Part shown: piece by piece, positions 20,077-31,647 of the stretch
Layout: every line of letters begins with the position of its first letter
Numbering within the stretch: the stretch's first letter is position 1
Source of the DNA: a virus
DNA length: 64,000 nt
Direction: 5' to 3' (one strand)
IMG/VR virus record: IMGVR_UViG_3300031673_000011
Location: 1 to 64,000 of that record
Notes under the pieces: model-generated
Told to the model about the DNA's origin: nothing
Databases searched by the model: none
The model's input: only the letters and a program-made list of their open reading frames with translations
Position numbers and translations under genes: made by a program

Positions 20077-20646
20077 ACCAGCTATTGTATTAATTGGAGC
20101 TTCTGGCAAACAAAAAAAATAAAAAATAATTAAATAAATAGGCATTTATTTATTTGTATTTATTTGTTAATTAATTGTATTTATTTGATTTATTTACACC
20201 TGCACTAACCCCTATTTATTTAATTCAAATAAATAATAATTCACTACTAAATAATTACTACACTTCAAAATGACTTTCGCATTTTCGCATTTTTCGCATC
20301 ATTTAGGATGTGCCCTTCTTTATGCTACTACTTTCAAGGGGTATTTATTGTTACCACTTTAAAGTGTATATTACAAAAGGGGTTTTACTTATTGCTATAT
20401 TTCAAACACAATAAACCTTAAAAGCCAATTTTAAAAGTGTTCGTTTTTTCAGTAACAACAATTTTAAAGTAACAACAAAACACCTGACGATAAAACACAA
20501 CACCAAAAAAATTCACTATATACAAGTTGAAAAGGTTTATAAGCAATAAAGAACTCTCTATTTTATGAAAGGGTTAAATTTCATTAAGGGAGAGTTGAGG
20601 GGTTTTCTCTCTCACATAATAAACAAAAAAACCCCAAGATATTAAA
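20077..20646. other. Longest intergenic region; AT-rich, repeat-containing control region
   Basis: About 570 bp without a credible ORF; TATTT runs, (TTTCGCA)x3, GTTAC/GTAAC boxes in both orientations. Confidence 0.6.
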
Positions 20647-22144
20647 ATGGAAAACACAAACAAAGAACAAAACACATACAGAGAAATAAAGGGTATAAAT
20701 GATTTAAATAAAGAAGTTTATTTTTATGATTATACAAAGAAGGAATATTATTTAAAAGGGATATTAAAGTATTTTGATTGTGGTTTATTTTGCATAGAAT
20801 TAGCAAATGGAGAAATAAAGAATTTTCAAACAGGATTTATTAAGGAGTTAAAAGAATAATGGAATATCAAGCAGAAGTAAATTTAATAGATGTTAGAACA
20901 GGAAAAGAGATTAAAAGATTTTTAACAAAAAAACAATTTGAAAACTTACCTATTTATTTATGCTTACCTTATGAATATGAAGATAAAAAGAGGTTATTAA
21001 AAGAATAATGGAAACACAAACAGAACAAGAGATGAAAAAAAGACAACAAGGAAGGATGAAATGTATATATTGCGGAAAGAAATTAAGAAGACTTTCTTCA
21101 AATTATAATTCAACAAGATATAATAATTCTAATAGTTATGCTTTTTCAAATTGTCATAGAAAATGTAAGGAATTAAAAGAGGTATTAAAAGAATAATGGA
21201 AAACAAAACAGAACAAGACAACGAACAAGACGAGGAACACTCTTTAAATAAATTTGAGTGTTTTAAATGTGGTTGTTACTTTTGGGTTAAGGATAGAAAT
21301 AATTTTGATTGTCCTAATTGCGAAACATTAAAACAAAGCGAACAAGAAACAAAAGAGTTTATACAGGAACAAGCAAACGAAAATATATCAAATCTTCTTT
21401 TAAATAAACCAAGAGCAAAACAGATTAATAAAAAGATGTCTGAATTTGTTAAGGGGTTAAAATGAATTATAAATTAATTGTGGATAACGGAAAACCTTAC
21501 GAAGAATATTTTAAAAATAAAGAACTTTTGTTTAATGAATTACTTAATTTAGAACAAGAGAACGAATTAAACGACTATCCTTTTTTAGATATAATTATTT
21601 TAAAAGGAAATAGAGATATAACCGAAAGAGTTTTTTATGAATATAATTTTAAAAAAGAAAGGATAGGATTTTTAAAATGACTTTAAATCCTGAAATAGAA
21701 AAAGAGAAAATAATAAATAAGTTTATTTATCTATCTGAAAAATACCACAAATTAAGTTTATTATTTTATGAATTAAGCCAAAGTATAAAATTTTATTCTA
21801 AAAATAAGAGTTTAAAAGAAATGAAAGAGTATATTAAAAGTTTAAATTTAGATTTAGAAAAGATTAAGGGATTAAGTAAAGGATTACAAGATTTAAGTTT
21901 AAAAGATTTGAAAGGGGGTTTAAGTGAAAATGATGACTAAACAACATTATCAAATTTTCGCAAGTGCTTTAAGTTTAATAAAAAATAATAAAGAAAGAGA
22001 TAAAATTTTAAGTTTTTTATTACCTCTTTTTAAACAAGAGAATTATAAATTTAGTGAAGGTGTTTTTAGAGAGTGGATAAGGAGAGAAATAAAAGGAGAA
22101 AATTTAAAGGGTTTGAAAAGTCAAGCATCAAAACATTATTAAAA

Positions 22145-22543
22145 ATGGAAGAAAAAAGCGAATATGATTTAAAAGCAGAACAATTTTTAAAAGAAACTGA
22201 AACAACTTTTAAAGCTAAGTTTCTTAAAAATGGTTTATACTTTTCAGATGATAAAGAGCCAAGAGATATTTATAAAATAACTCTTAAAAGAGAATATGAA
22301 AAATATACTTTTAAATTTGGGCAAAGCATAGCCGACACAGGAAAAGAGCCGACACCCTACGATGTTTTAAGTAGTGTAACAAAATATAACCCAGAAGATT
22401 TTAAAGATTTTTGTTCGTCTTATGGTTACGAAGAAGACAGCAGAAAAGCATATAAAACTTATAAAGCAGTTGTTAAGGAATGGGAAAATATAAGCAGTTT
22501 ATTTAGTTCAGAGGAATTAGAAAAACTACAAGAGATTAATTAA
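22145..22543 (+). CDS. Virus-type hypothetical protein
   Basis: PTPYDVL...FKDFCSSYGYEEDSRKA pattern; start moved to ATG 22145. Confidence 0.55.
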   Translation: MEEKSEYDLKAEQFLKETETTFKAKFLKNGLYFSDDKEPRDIYKITLKREYEKYTFKFGQSIADTGKEPTPYDVLSSVTKYNPEDFKDFCSSYGYEEDSRKAYKTYKAVVKEWENISSLFSSEELEKLQEIN

Positions 22544-22648
22544 TTTATATTTACACTCTCAATTTATTTTTATAGAGAGTTCATAATCAAAAAAAGGTTA
22601 ATAGATAAACCTTAAAATATCTATAAATGAAAGGAGAAAATAAGAAAA

Positions 22649-23140
22649 ATGGAACAAGAACTTTTAAACAAAATACAAGATAAAGAGAGAGAACTCTTAA
22701 ATTTAACTTCTCAATTAGAAGATTTTAAACAAAAAGAGAAAGAATCTATTTTAAAGACAAAAGGATTTAATAAAGTTTTATATCTTTTAAATCAAGAATT
22801 TGAAAGCAGTAGCCAAAGAACACCACAATATTTAGAATTCCATAAGACTTTTAAAAGAGAATTCACAAATATTTTAAAGGATTATTGCAATAAAATAGAA
22901 ATATCAAAACCGAACCATTTTGATATATCAGGTTTTTTTGAACTTAAAGACAAAAGAATTTATTATTTTTCTCTTAGTGATTTAAGATGGAGCAAAGATA
23001 GTTTATTAATAAGGACAGCAAAAGGTTTTAAAGATTATACTGGAGGAAGTAACCACGATATATCTTTAGATTTAAATTTTATTGAAAATCTTTTAAGTTA
23101 CTTAGAAAGAAATAAACATTTTGATAGTGTAAAAGATTAA
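22649..23140 (+). CDS. Hypothetical protein
   Basis: GGAG RBS; RTAKGFKDYTGGSN motif. Confidence 0.55.
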   Translation: MEQELLNKIQDKERELLNLTSQLEDFKQKEKESILKTKGFNKVLYLLNQEFESSSQRTPQYLEFHKTFKREFTNILKDYCNKIEISKPNHFDISGFFELKDKRIYYFSLSDLRWSKDSLLIRTAKGFKDYTGGSNHDISLDLNFIENLLSYLERNKHFDSVKD

Positions 23141-23384
23141 AATGAAAATAACAGAAGATAAACAAAACGAAATTATAGGAGAATTGCTTATAAAAGAAAA
23201 ATATAAGTTTATTCAAAATGGTTTAATCGGAGAGATCGCCAGGGATATTTTTAAGGAATTAGAGAAAGAATCCAAATAATTAATTTAATATTCAAACCCC
23301 AATTAATTTTTATGAGGTTTTAGGGCTTATTGAGAGAGTGAAACAAACACTTTAAAAAATATTCATACTCAATAAGCCGAGAGC

Positions 23385-23416
23385 AAACAAGGGGGATTAG
23401 ATCCCCCTTGTTTTTT
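23385..23416 (+). terminator. Perfect 13-bp hairpin followed by a T run
   Basis: AAACAAGGGGGAT-TAG-ATCCCCCTTGTTT-TTT. Confidence 0.6.
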
Positions 23417-25618
23417 AATTCTTGACTTATTAAAAGAAAAAAAGGAGAAATAAGGAAATAAACTAAAGAATATTAACCAAAAGGAAAAACTAAGATGAAA
23501 ACAAACGAGGAACTTTTAAAGATTTGGGATAATAAAGAGAATTCATATAAGGATTTTTGGATTTATGAAAGATTGACATTAAAAGAAAAAATGATTCTTT
23601 TTGATTTATTAAATAATAGGGGGATGAAGGCAAATTAAAAACAATATGTCATTTAACACAATTAAAAGGAGGTTTAAAAAATGGGATTAATACAAGAATT
23701 GGATTATTTCGTTCAGTATTGCAAAACAGAAACAAAAGCAAAACGAATGAAAAAGAAGGATTTTGAGAGAATTATAAAGGCAGTTGATACTTTGCAAAAT
23801 GTCATGGAAAGTTTGGGATATTAATTTATTTTATTTTTTAATTTTATTTTTTTCCCAAAAGAGGCAAAATAAAGAATAGTTACTATTCTTTTTTAATTAA
23901 ATGAAGTGGAGAAAAAATGATAAGAAAATCAAAAGAATATATAAAAGGATTTACAGATGGATATAAAAAAGCAAGAAAAGATTTTGAAAAAGTAAGGAAA
24001 ACATCAGAAAAAAGAATGAAACCAATAAGAGAAGCAATTAGAAAACTTGGTAATCTATAAATTCAATTAAACTAAATAGGAGGTATAGAAATGGAATATC
24101 AAATAAACTTAACTGCGAAAGAAATAGGAATTATCCAAAGTGCTTTGAGGCACATAGATGGAGTTCTAAATACAGAACTTATTACAAACCACATAGAAAG
24201 TCAATTTGTTGAGCAGTTAAAAAAGAAGTAAAAGAATAGTTACTATTCTTTAATGATTAGAAAAGTTTAAATACTTTTTTAATTAAATTAAATAGGAGGT
24301 TAAAGAAAATGGGAGAAAGAAATAGCATATATTTGATGAATGATGAAATATATCTTTATTCACACTGGGATACAGCAGAAGGATTAAGAGATATTTTGAG
24401 AAGTGCTTTAATTAGAGGAAAAGAAAGATGGGATGATAGAAGTTACCTTAATAGAATTATCTTTTCTGAAATGATTAAAGATGAAGTTTTAGAATTAACT
24501 GGATATGGTTTATCTAATTTTGTTCCAGATGGGCAAGTTGTTTTAAGTGTAGATGTAGATAAGCAAGAAGTTAATGGGAAAAGCTTTGAAGAATTTACAA
24601 GATAATCAATTAAACTAAACAGGAGGTATAAAATGAAAATAAAAAAAGTAGTTAGATTAGAGGGTTCAGAAGAGACAATAGAGGTTACATTCGAACATAA
24701 TGGGCAAGAAGCAAAATTTACTTATACCCTAATTGGAAGAGAAATTGGGATCGATGAATGCACTTATCAAGAAAAAGAAGATGAGGACATTTATGATATT
24801 ATTCACGATTGGGTTGAAGCATACATAACCACTAAAACGAAAGTTTTATTTGATGGAAAGGAAGTAAATTATGATGGAATCATCTTAACTAAATAAAACA
24901 AGGAGGTATAAAATGGTTAATTTTTGGAATGGTTCGGTTCAAGAAGGAAGTGAAGGATTTGAAGAACAAGACGAAGACGAATACGAAGAATAAAGTAGGA
25001 CATAATTTTTATTTTTATTTTTTGTATTATTAATAGTGAAGGCATAGCCTAATAGCAGGTAATTAAACAAAATGGAGGATAAAAATGAAAGAACTAACAC
25101 AACAAGAAGAGTTAGATAGAGAAGAAACTATAAAAGAAAAGTTTGAAGAAATGTTTAGTAAGTATACTTTAGAAGATCTTTATTTAATTCAAGAAGAATT
25201 AGAGAAAGAAATAAGGTTAAGTGAAACTGCTAAATCCCAAGGATTTGAGTAAAATTTGAGTAAATATTCAATTAAATAAAATGGAGGTAAATAAATGGTA
25301 TATTTGGGAATAGTCACATCACCCTTATTAGAAGTTTCTGATGGTAAAATGTTTGGTTGTTTCCTTTTTGTATTATTTCTCCTTGGAATTTATATGTTTT
25401 ATATTTTTCCAAATAAAGCAAAAAGGATAAAGGAGCAGGAACAGGAAATTGAAAGGTTGATATTAGTGGTAAAAAAATTAGAAGAGGAGAATGCTCGATT
25501 AAGCAGGAATTATTAATCTTTTTTGTTTTGTCACCACTAAAAAGTTAATAGAAAGATTTAAATAGTCTTTGTCTTTCAATGAAAGAATAAACAATCACTT
25601 GATTATTCATTTTATAAA

Positions 25619-26185
25619 ATGGAACAAAAAACAATAGGGAAAACAAAACAAAAAAAGGGGGGTGGGTTATTTAGTGTTGCTCTTTATGTAAGAAATAGTA
25701 CAACAGAAGAAAGACAAAACCCCAATGTTCAATTAAATCCTTTAATAAACAAATGCAAGACGGAAGGTTGGAATTATGAAACTTTTCAAGAGTTTGCTTC
25801 TGGTTCAAAAGAAACAAGACCAGAGTTGGACAAGATGTTAAAGAAAGTTAGGAATAAAGAATTTGATGCTGTTGTTGTTTGGAGATTAGATCGGTTGGGA
25901 AGAAATCTTAAACATCTTTTACAATTGATAGAAGAATTTAGGAATAAGAATGTTAGTTTTATTTCTTTAACAGAAGGATTTGATACCTCAACACCCCAAG
26001 GAGAACTATTTTTTCATATAGCAGGAGCATTTGCTCAATTTGAAAGAAAGTTAATTCAAGAAAGAATCAACGCTGGATTAAACGAAGCAAAAAGGCAAGG
26101 AAAGACACTTGGAAGACCTACAGGTTCTAAAGATAAAAAGCGAAGAAGAACTTCAGGGTATATTCATAGGTGGTTAAAAAAATGA
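25619..26185 (+). CDS. Small serine recombinase (resolvase/invertase)
   Basis: LYVRNST, SGSKETRPEL, WRLDRLGR, AFAQFER, GKTLGRP. Confidence 0.92.
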   Translation: MEQKTIGKTKQKKGGGLFSVALYVRNSTTEERQNPNVQLNPLINKCKTEGWNYETFQEFASGSKETRPELDKMLKKVRNKEFDAVVVWRLDRLGRNLKHLLQLIEEFRNKNVSFISLTEGFDTSTPQGELFFHIAGAFAQFERKLIQERINAGLNEAKRQGKTLGRPTGSKDKKRRRTSGYIHRWLKK

Positions 26186-26829
26186 GAATAATAACTTTAA
26201 CAGATGTTCATAGAATATTAGATAATACAAAGAAAGAAAGTCAAAGGGCAATATTTTTATTTATGTATTTAACTGGGGTTAAAATTGGGGAAACATTTAA
26301 ACTTGAAAAAAGGGATATGATTGATAGCAATCATATAAAAGTTGGTGGAAGGATTATTTTTATAGATTCATTAATATTTAAAAGTTATATTGGAAAATAT
26401 TTAGAAAACTTTTTACCATTTCATAGATTTGTTGGAATTAGAGCATTACAAAAAACATTTAAAAATGTTTTAAAGAAGATTGGTGGGTCTGAAAAATGGA
26501 CTTTAGATGATTTGAGAAAAGGGTTTTTTGTAAGGTGCTTAGCAGAAGGTAAAGATACTTCAGAAATTTGTTATTCTCTTGGGATTAAAGAAAAACAAGT
26601 TTATATTATGAGGGATTTACTTTTGTTAAATAATGGTGTTTCAAAAAAAGATAGAGATTTGGTATTTAAAAGAGACAATTTTACTTGTAAGTATTGTAGT
26701 AAAAGTTCTCCTGAAGTTGAATTAGAGATAGATCATATTATCCCTGTAGTGAAAGGTGGGAGTAATGATTTAGGAAATTTACAAACATTATGTAAGGATT
26801 GTAATGAAAGGAAGGGGGATAAATTTTAA
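26182..26829 (+). CDS. Degenerate tyrosine-recombinase domain fused to HNH nuclease
   Basis: YLTGVKIGE, TLDDLRKGF, LGI; C-terminal RDNFTCKYC...IDHIIP..GG...LCKDCN. Confidence 0.65.
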   Translation: MRIITLTDVHRILDNTKKESQRAIFLFMYLTGVKIGETFKLEKRDMIDSNHIKVGGRIIFIDSLIFKSYIGKYLENFLPFHRFVGIRALQKTFKNVLKKIGGSEKWTLDDLRKGFFVRCLAEGKDTSEICYSLGIKEKQVYIMRDLLLLNNGVSKKDRDLVFKRDNFTCKYCSKSSPEVELEIDHIIPVVKGGSNDLGNLQTLCKDCNERKGDKF

Positions 26830-27050
26830 AATGAACATTGAATCTGAAGTAAAAGAAATTATACGATCTGGAGGAACTAATGAAGAAAAGGCAAGAAGAA
26901 TATGTAATACAGCTAACTTTTCAGAGGCAAAGGTTTTAAAGGCATTAAATAAAGGTGGAGAAAGGGTTTCAGATATTTATTTAAATATAGTTGTGGAGAA
27001 TAAAAAATGATATACAACTACTACATAAAGGGAGGAATATCTTAAAGAAA

Positions 27051-27632
27051 ATGGAAAACAAAAAATATTCAATAATCTATGCAGACCCTCCTTGGGAATA
27101 TAATAGTAGAGCAAATCATAAAACAAGGTTTAGAGGGGGAGCTTGTGGTCATTATAATTTAATGAGTATGGAGGAAATTAAGAAATTACCAATTAATGAA
27201 TTAGCAGAAGATAATTGTGTTTTATTTATGTGGGTTACATTTCCTTATTTAAATGAACAAATTAAGTTGTTTGAATATTGGGGATTTAAATATAAAACAT
27301 TAGGATTTAGTTGGATTAAAATAAATAAGAGAAATGGAAAAGCTTTTTTTGGAGTAGGATATTATGCTAAGAGTAATTGTGAGGTTTGTTTAATGGGAAT
27401 TAAAGGAAAGATGAAACCTATATCTAATAATGTAAGTTCAGTAATTATTTCTCCAAGGAGAGAACATTCAAGAAAACCAGATGAAGTTAGAGAAAAGATA
27501 GTAGAGTTATTTGGTGATGTTCCAAGGATAGAACTTTTTGCAAGACAAAAAGTAGAAGGTTGGGATGTATGGGGTAATGAAGTTAAATCTGATATTGAAT
27601 TAAATTCGGAGGTTCCAACTCCTTCCTTGTAA
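27051..27632 (+). CDS. MT-A70-family adenine methyltransferase
   Basis: IYADPPW, LFMW, HSRKP, IELFAR, WGNE. Confidence 0.9.
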   Translation: MENKKYSIIYADPPWEYNSRANHKTRFRGGACGHYNLMSMEEIKKLPINELAEDNCVLFMWVTFPYLNEQIKLFEYWGFKYKTLGFSWIKINKRNGKAFFGVGYYAKSNCEVCLMGIKGKMKPISNNVSSVIISPRREHSRKPDEVREKIVELFGDVPRIELFARQKVEGWDVWGNEVKSDIELNSEVPTPSL

Positions 27633-27789
27633 TAAAAAATGACACAAGCACAATGCAGATTTTGTAAAAAAATAATAATTGAAAACTGGGAAAAGTTTTT
27701 AGAAGAATCAAGTGAAAAATATATTCAATGTCCATATTGTAAAACACAATTTCCCAATCCAAAATTTACTAAAGAGGAGACAGATTAAA

Positions 27790-28137
27790 ATGGAAAAACA
27801 AAAGAAAAAGACTAAAATATTATTTATATGTATGGCCAATACTAACAGGAGCCCTACTTTTGAAAGATATTTTAAAAAACATTATGATAAGAAATTTGAA
27901 GTAAAAAGCACAGGAACTTATTATGGCTATCCAGAAAGATTAACAGAAGATATACTTGAATGGGCAGATATAGTTTATGTTATGGATTTATCACAGGAAT
28001 TGTTTATTTCAAGATATTTTCCAGAATATGTAAAGAAAGTGGAAGTTATAGGAATTTCTGATCAGTATAATCCTGATGATGAAGATTTAATTGAGTTAAT
28101 AGAATATTGGATAAAAAAGAAAGGAGAATTAAAATGA
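27790..28137 (+). CDS. Low-molecular-weight protein tyrosine phosphatase
   Basis: LFICMANTNRS (Cx5R), STG, WADIVYVM. Confidence 0.85.
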   Translation: MEKQKKKTKILFICMANTNRSPTFERYFKKHYDKKFEVKSTGTYYGYPERLTEDILEWADIVYVMDLSQELFISRYFPEYVKKVEVIGISDQYNPDDEDLIELIEYWIKKKGELK

Positions 28138-28453
28138 AAGATAAAAAAATTAAAATAGAACGAAGTAGATGTGTTATGTGTGGGGCATTTCCAGAGAAAA
28201 GGATAAATAGGGATACTGAAGAAATAGTTGATATATATTTCATAGACCCAAAAACAAAAGAACAATTGTGCGAAAAATGTAATAGAATTAATAATATGAT
28301 TTATAATACAAGGGGGGAAAAAATATCTGGAAAGATAATAATTAAAAAATGAAAGGAGATTTAAAATGAAATTAAGTAAAAATGGTGATTATGTTACCAT
28401 TATAAAGTGATTAGAAAGATTTATAAAGGAGAGAATATTAAATAAAATATAAA

Positions 28454-28990
28454 ATGAAAATTAAATTTGAATATGGAGATGAAGAAGTGGAAATTCCTAA
28501 AGTATTTTTGGATGGTTTTAAACAAGCAAAGAAAGAAGAAAAAGATTTAACGATTGAAGAATATTTTGATGAATTAGATTATGATAATTATTCAGAATAT
28601 TATGGTAAAATAGTAGATAAAGAAATGGCTTTATTTTTAATTGCAAAAGAACTTGGAACTGATTATGGATTTGGTGGTTATCCGAGAGAAGAATATATGA
28701 ACTTTGAGGATAATGGATTTAAATATACTATTTGTTGTTTTGGTTGGGCTAATGATGAAAATTTAAAAAGTGGAGGATATAATTTTATAGGATATAAGGA
28801 GAAAATAAGTTTTGTAACAAATAAAGAAATAAAAATAGTTGAAGATAGAATTTCAGATATATGTGGTGGATTAGCCAGCTTAGCAGAAACAGATGGAACA
28901 GAAAGTGATGCTTATAGAGAATATAAATGTGATTTAGATGATAAAAAACTTGAGTTAAGAAGATTAAAATATAAATTAAATAAAAAATGA
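28454..28990 (+). CDS. Hypothetical acidic protein
   Basis: First gene after the class I promoter at 28393. Confidence 0.55.
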   Translation: MKIKFEYGDEEVEIPKVFLDGFKQAKKEEKDLTIEEYFDELDYDNYSEYYGKIVDKEMALFLIAKELGTDYGFGGYPREEYMNFEDNGFKYTICCFGWANDENLKSGGYNFIGYKEKISFVTNKEIKIVEDRISDICGGLASLAETDGTESDAYREYKCDLDDKKLELRRLKYKLNKK

Positions 28991-29218
28991 AACAAAAAAA
29001 TAAAGAAATAAACCATATAACTATGTGTCCTTATTGCAGACAATTATTTGATATAGCAGTTGGAGATAAATTTATGTCTGGAGAAATTAAAAGAAGATGG
29101 CCAGAGAAAACAATTCATTATAGCGATTATGATGGTAAAGAAATAATTATTCATCCAGAAGCAGAAGAATATAAAAAACAGGGAAGGGATATATTAAATA
29201 AAGAAATTGAATTAAAAA

Positions 29219-30274
29219 ATGGAACTAAAACAAATACAAACAGATAAGATATTAGCAAACTTCTCACAGCCACGAGAACATTTTGATAAAGAAAAAATAA
29301 GAGAACTTTCAGAAAGTATTCTTTCTAATGGATTAATTAATCCAATTACCGTTAGAGAATATAAAGATAAGTTTATGATTGTTGCAGGAGAGAGAAGATG
29401 GCAGGCACACAAAGTTGCTGGATTAAAAACTATTTCTGCATTTGTTAAAGAATATAAGAATGATGGGGTATGGATGATTGAAAGTTTAATTGAGAATGTT
29501 CATAGAGAAGATTTAATGCCTTTGGAAAAAGCAAAATTCTTAAAAAAGATTAAGGATATTGAAAATATTTCTGAAAGAGAATTGGCTAAAAAGGTTGGAA
29601 TAAGTCAAACAGTAATTAATCAACATTTATCACTTTTGCCTATTGAGAAAGAAATTGAATTGATTGGCATGCCAATCAAAGATTATACAACAATTTCACA
29701 AATAGCTTCATTACCATCAAAAGATGACAGAGCAAAAGTATTCAAAAAGATGGAAGAAAGAGGGGTTGCTGAAACTCGTAGAGTAGTATCTGTAATAAAA
29801 AAAGCATCACCAGAAGTTAAAGAAGCACTCCTTGACGATAAAATAACTGTTCAACAAGCAGAAAGTTTAACTAAGATAGAATCTCCAAAAGCAAGAGAGC
29901 AAGCACTAAAAGAAGTAAAACAACATAGGCATATTGCAGACATAATTCCAAAATTGAAAGAAAAAGCAAAACCAGAATTAACAGATGATTTAAAGAAAAA
30001 AATGAATTCTGCACAAAAAATAATTTTTAATCATTTGTATGATGCGAGGGTTGGATTGATAAAAGCAAATAACAGTTTGAGTAAAGCTAATCTTATGTTA
30101 TATCAATTAATGCAAAGAGAGTTTGAATATGGTTTGTCAGAAAAGACATTAAAAACAACAATGCAGCAAATGATTGGGATTTTTGACGAAATCAATAAAT
30201 TCAACATTTTAACTGAAAAGTTTGAAGATTTGAAAGAAACTTTTGTTGGAAGAGTTAAGGAAATTAAAAAATGA
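29219..30274 (+). CDS. ParB/Spo0J-family protein with HTH
   Basis: QPREHF, GLINPITV, AGERRWQA, IENVHREDL, HTH SERELAKKVGISQTVI. Confidence 0.9.
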   Translation: MELKQIQTDKILANFSQPREHFDKEKIRELSESILSNGLINPITVREYKDKFMIVAGERRWQAHKVAGLKTISAFVKEYKNDGVWMIESLIENVHREDLMPLEKAKFLKKIKDIENISERELAKKVGISQTVINQHLSLLPIEKEIELIGMPIKDYTTISQIASLPSKDDRAKVFKKMEERGVAETRRVVSVIKKASPEVKEALLDDKITVQQAESLTKIESPKAREQALKEVKQHRHIADIIPKLKEKAKPELTDDLKKKMNSAQKIIFNHLYDARVGLIKANNSLSKANLMLYQLMQREFEYGLSEKTLKTTMQQMIGIFDEINKFNILTEKFEDLKETFVGRVKEIKK

Positions 30275-30780
30275 CAAAAATTAATTGGGAGTTAGGAAAA
30301 GTGACTAAAGAAGAAATTGTTGAACATTTGAAAGAATTTCACCAAGTTGATTTTAATGATAGAAGAGCATTAGGTATAATAGAATTTATTGAAAATCATT
30401 TTCCAGATTTAGTTCAAGATTGTGATGTTATTAGAAATGATTTTTATGGAAAGGTAAGTAAAAAGAAGATTGATAAAGTTTATTCATTAATAAAATTATC
30501 ATTGAAAGAATGTGAAACAAATGGAATTCCTGTAGTAAATGTTTATGATTTTAATGAGCAAGGAAGTCCAGAATGGAGAATTTGTAAACCAACACAAGAC
30601 CAAATAGAATATTTGAGATTTAAAAGATGGTTAGCAATGATTGAAGGATTAGCAAATAAAACATTACTTCAAGGAAATCTTATAGAAGAACTTGCTCTTG
30701 ATGAAGTTTTAGGGGATATAAAGAGAACAATCATTGAAGGGCAAAAGAAGAGGATAAAACTTAAAGTAATAGCAAATTAA
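30271..30780 (+). CDS. Hypothetical protein
   Basis: Coupled to parB by ATGA overlap. Confidence 0.55.
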   Translation: MTKINWELGKVTKEEIVEHLKEFHQVDFNDRRALGIIEFIENHFPDLVQDCDVIRNDFYGKVSKKKIDKVYSLIKLSLKECETNGIPVVNVYDFNEQGSPEWRICKPTQDQIEYLRFKRWLAMIEGLANKTLLQGNLIEELALDEVLGDIKRTIIEGQKKRIKLKVIAN

Positions 30781-30873
30781 TAAAAGTTTCATCATTCTTT
30801 TAAAAATAGTAGTTTTGTTACTACTATTTAATATTCACAAAGGTTTATAAATTGGTTTTGTTTAAGAAAGAAT

Positions 30874-31647
30874 ATGACATTAAAAAAATACGAATTACTT
30901 AATGAAAGTTTAAAAGCAGTATCAGAAGGAGCAATAAATCTCCTGGTTTTAAAAGGAAATGCTGGATCTGGGAAAACTTTTACAACTCTTAAGTATATGA
31001 AGAAAGCAAAGATAAATTACAAATACATTAACAATTATGCAACACCCCTTTCATTCTATAAAATTATTTATGAAAATAGGAAAAAAGATATAATTATATT
31101 TGATGATGTTCAAAGCATTAATGACCCTAGAATTAAATCCATGTTAAAATCTGTTTGTGGAGAATTAGATGATGGGAAACGAATGGTTAGTTACTATTCA
31201 ACATCCCCCTTGCTTGAAAAGAACAATTTGCCAGATTCTTTTGAACCAAAGGCAAACATCGTTTTAATTTTTAATGATGATATTTCTGGGTTTGAACCAA
31301 TAACAAATAGAGGAGTAACAATTGACTTCTTTTTTAATTTCCAGGAATTAATAGAGATTTTTGAATTCTTTCAGAAATCAGCTAATATAGAACAGGAAGT
31401 TCTTGATTATGTCAAAGAGAGTTGTAATGAAGCTACAAGTAATTTAAGCATTAGAACACTTGTAATTCTTTCAAATCTTTATAGGAAGGGATATGATTTT
31501 AAAATCTTCGCAAAAGAGATATTAAAGACTGATAAAGGGCTTTATGACTTGATAAAACTTAGTGAGAAAGATTGGTGTAATGAGACTGGAATGAATAGAG
31601 CTACATATTATAGGAAAAAGAAAAGTCGCAAAAGTCGCATCATTTAG
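30874..31647 (+). CDS. AAA/P-loop ATPase with C-terminal HTH
   Basis: GNAGSGKT, IIFDD, terminal TGMNRATYYR. Confidence 0.75.
   Translation: MTLKKYELLNESLKAVSEGAINLLVLKGNAGSGKTFTTLKYMKKAKINYKYINNYATPLSFYKIIYENRKKDIIIFDDVQSINDPRIKSMLKSVCGELDDGKRMVSYYSTSPLLEKNNLPDSFEPKANIVLIFNDDISGFEPITNRGVTIDFFFNFQELIEIFEFFQKSANIEQEVLDYVKESCNEATSNLSIRTLVILSNLYRKGYDFKIFAKEILKTDKGLYDLIKLSEKDWCNETGMNRATYYRKKKSRKSRII

Larger units (their letters stand above)
20647..25516 (+). other. Cluster of roughly 20 short co-oriented ORFs (early/host-takeover-like)
   Basis: 26-165 aa ORFs with strong GGAGG sites and repeated junction sequences. Confidence 0.65.
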
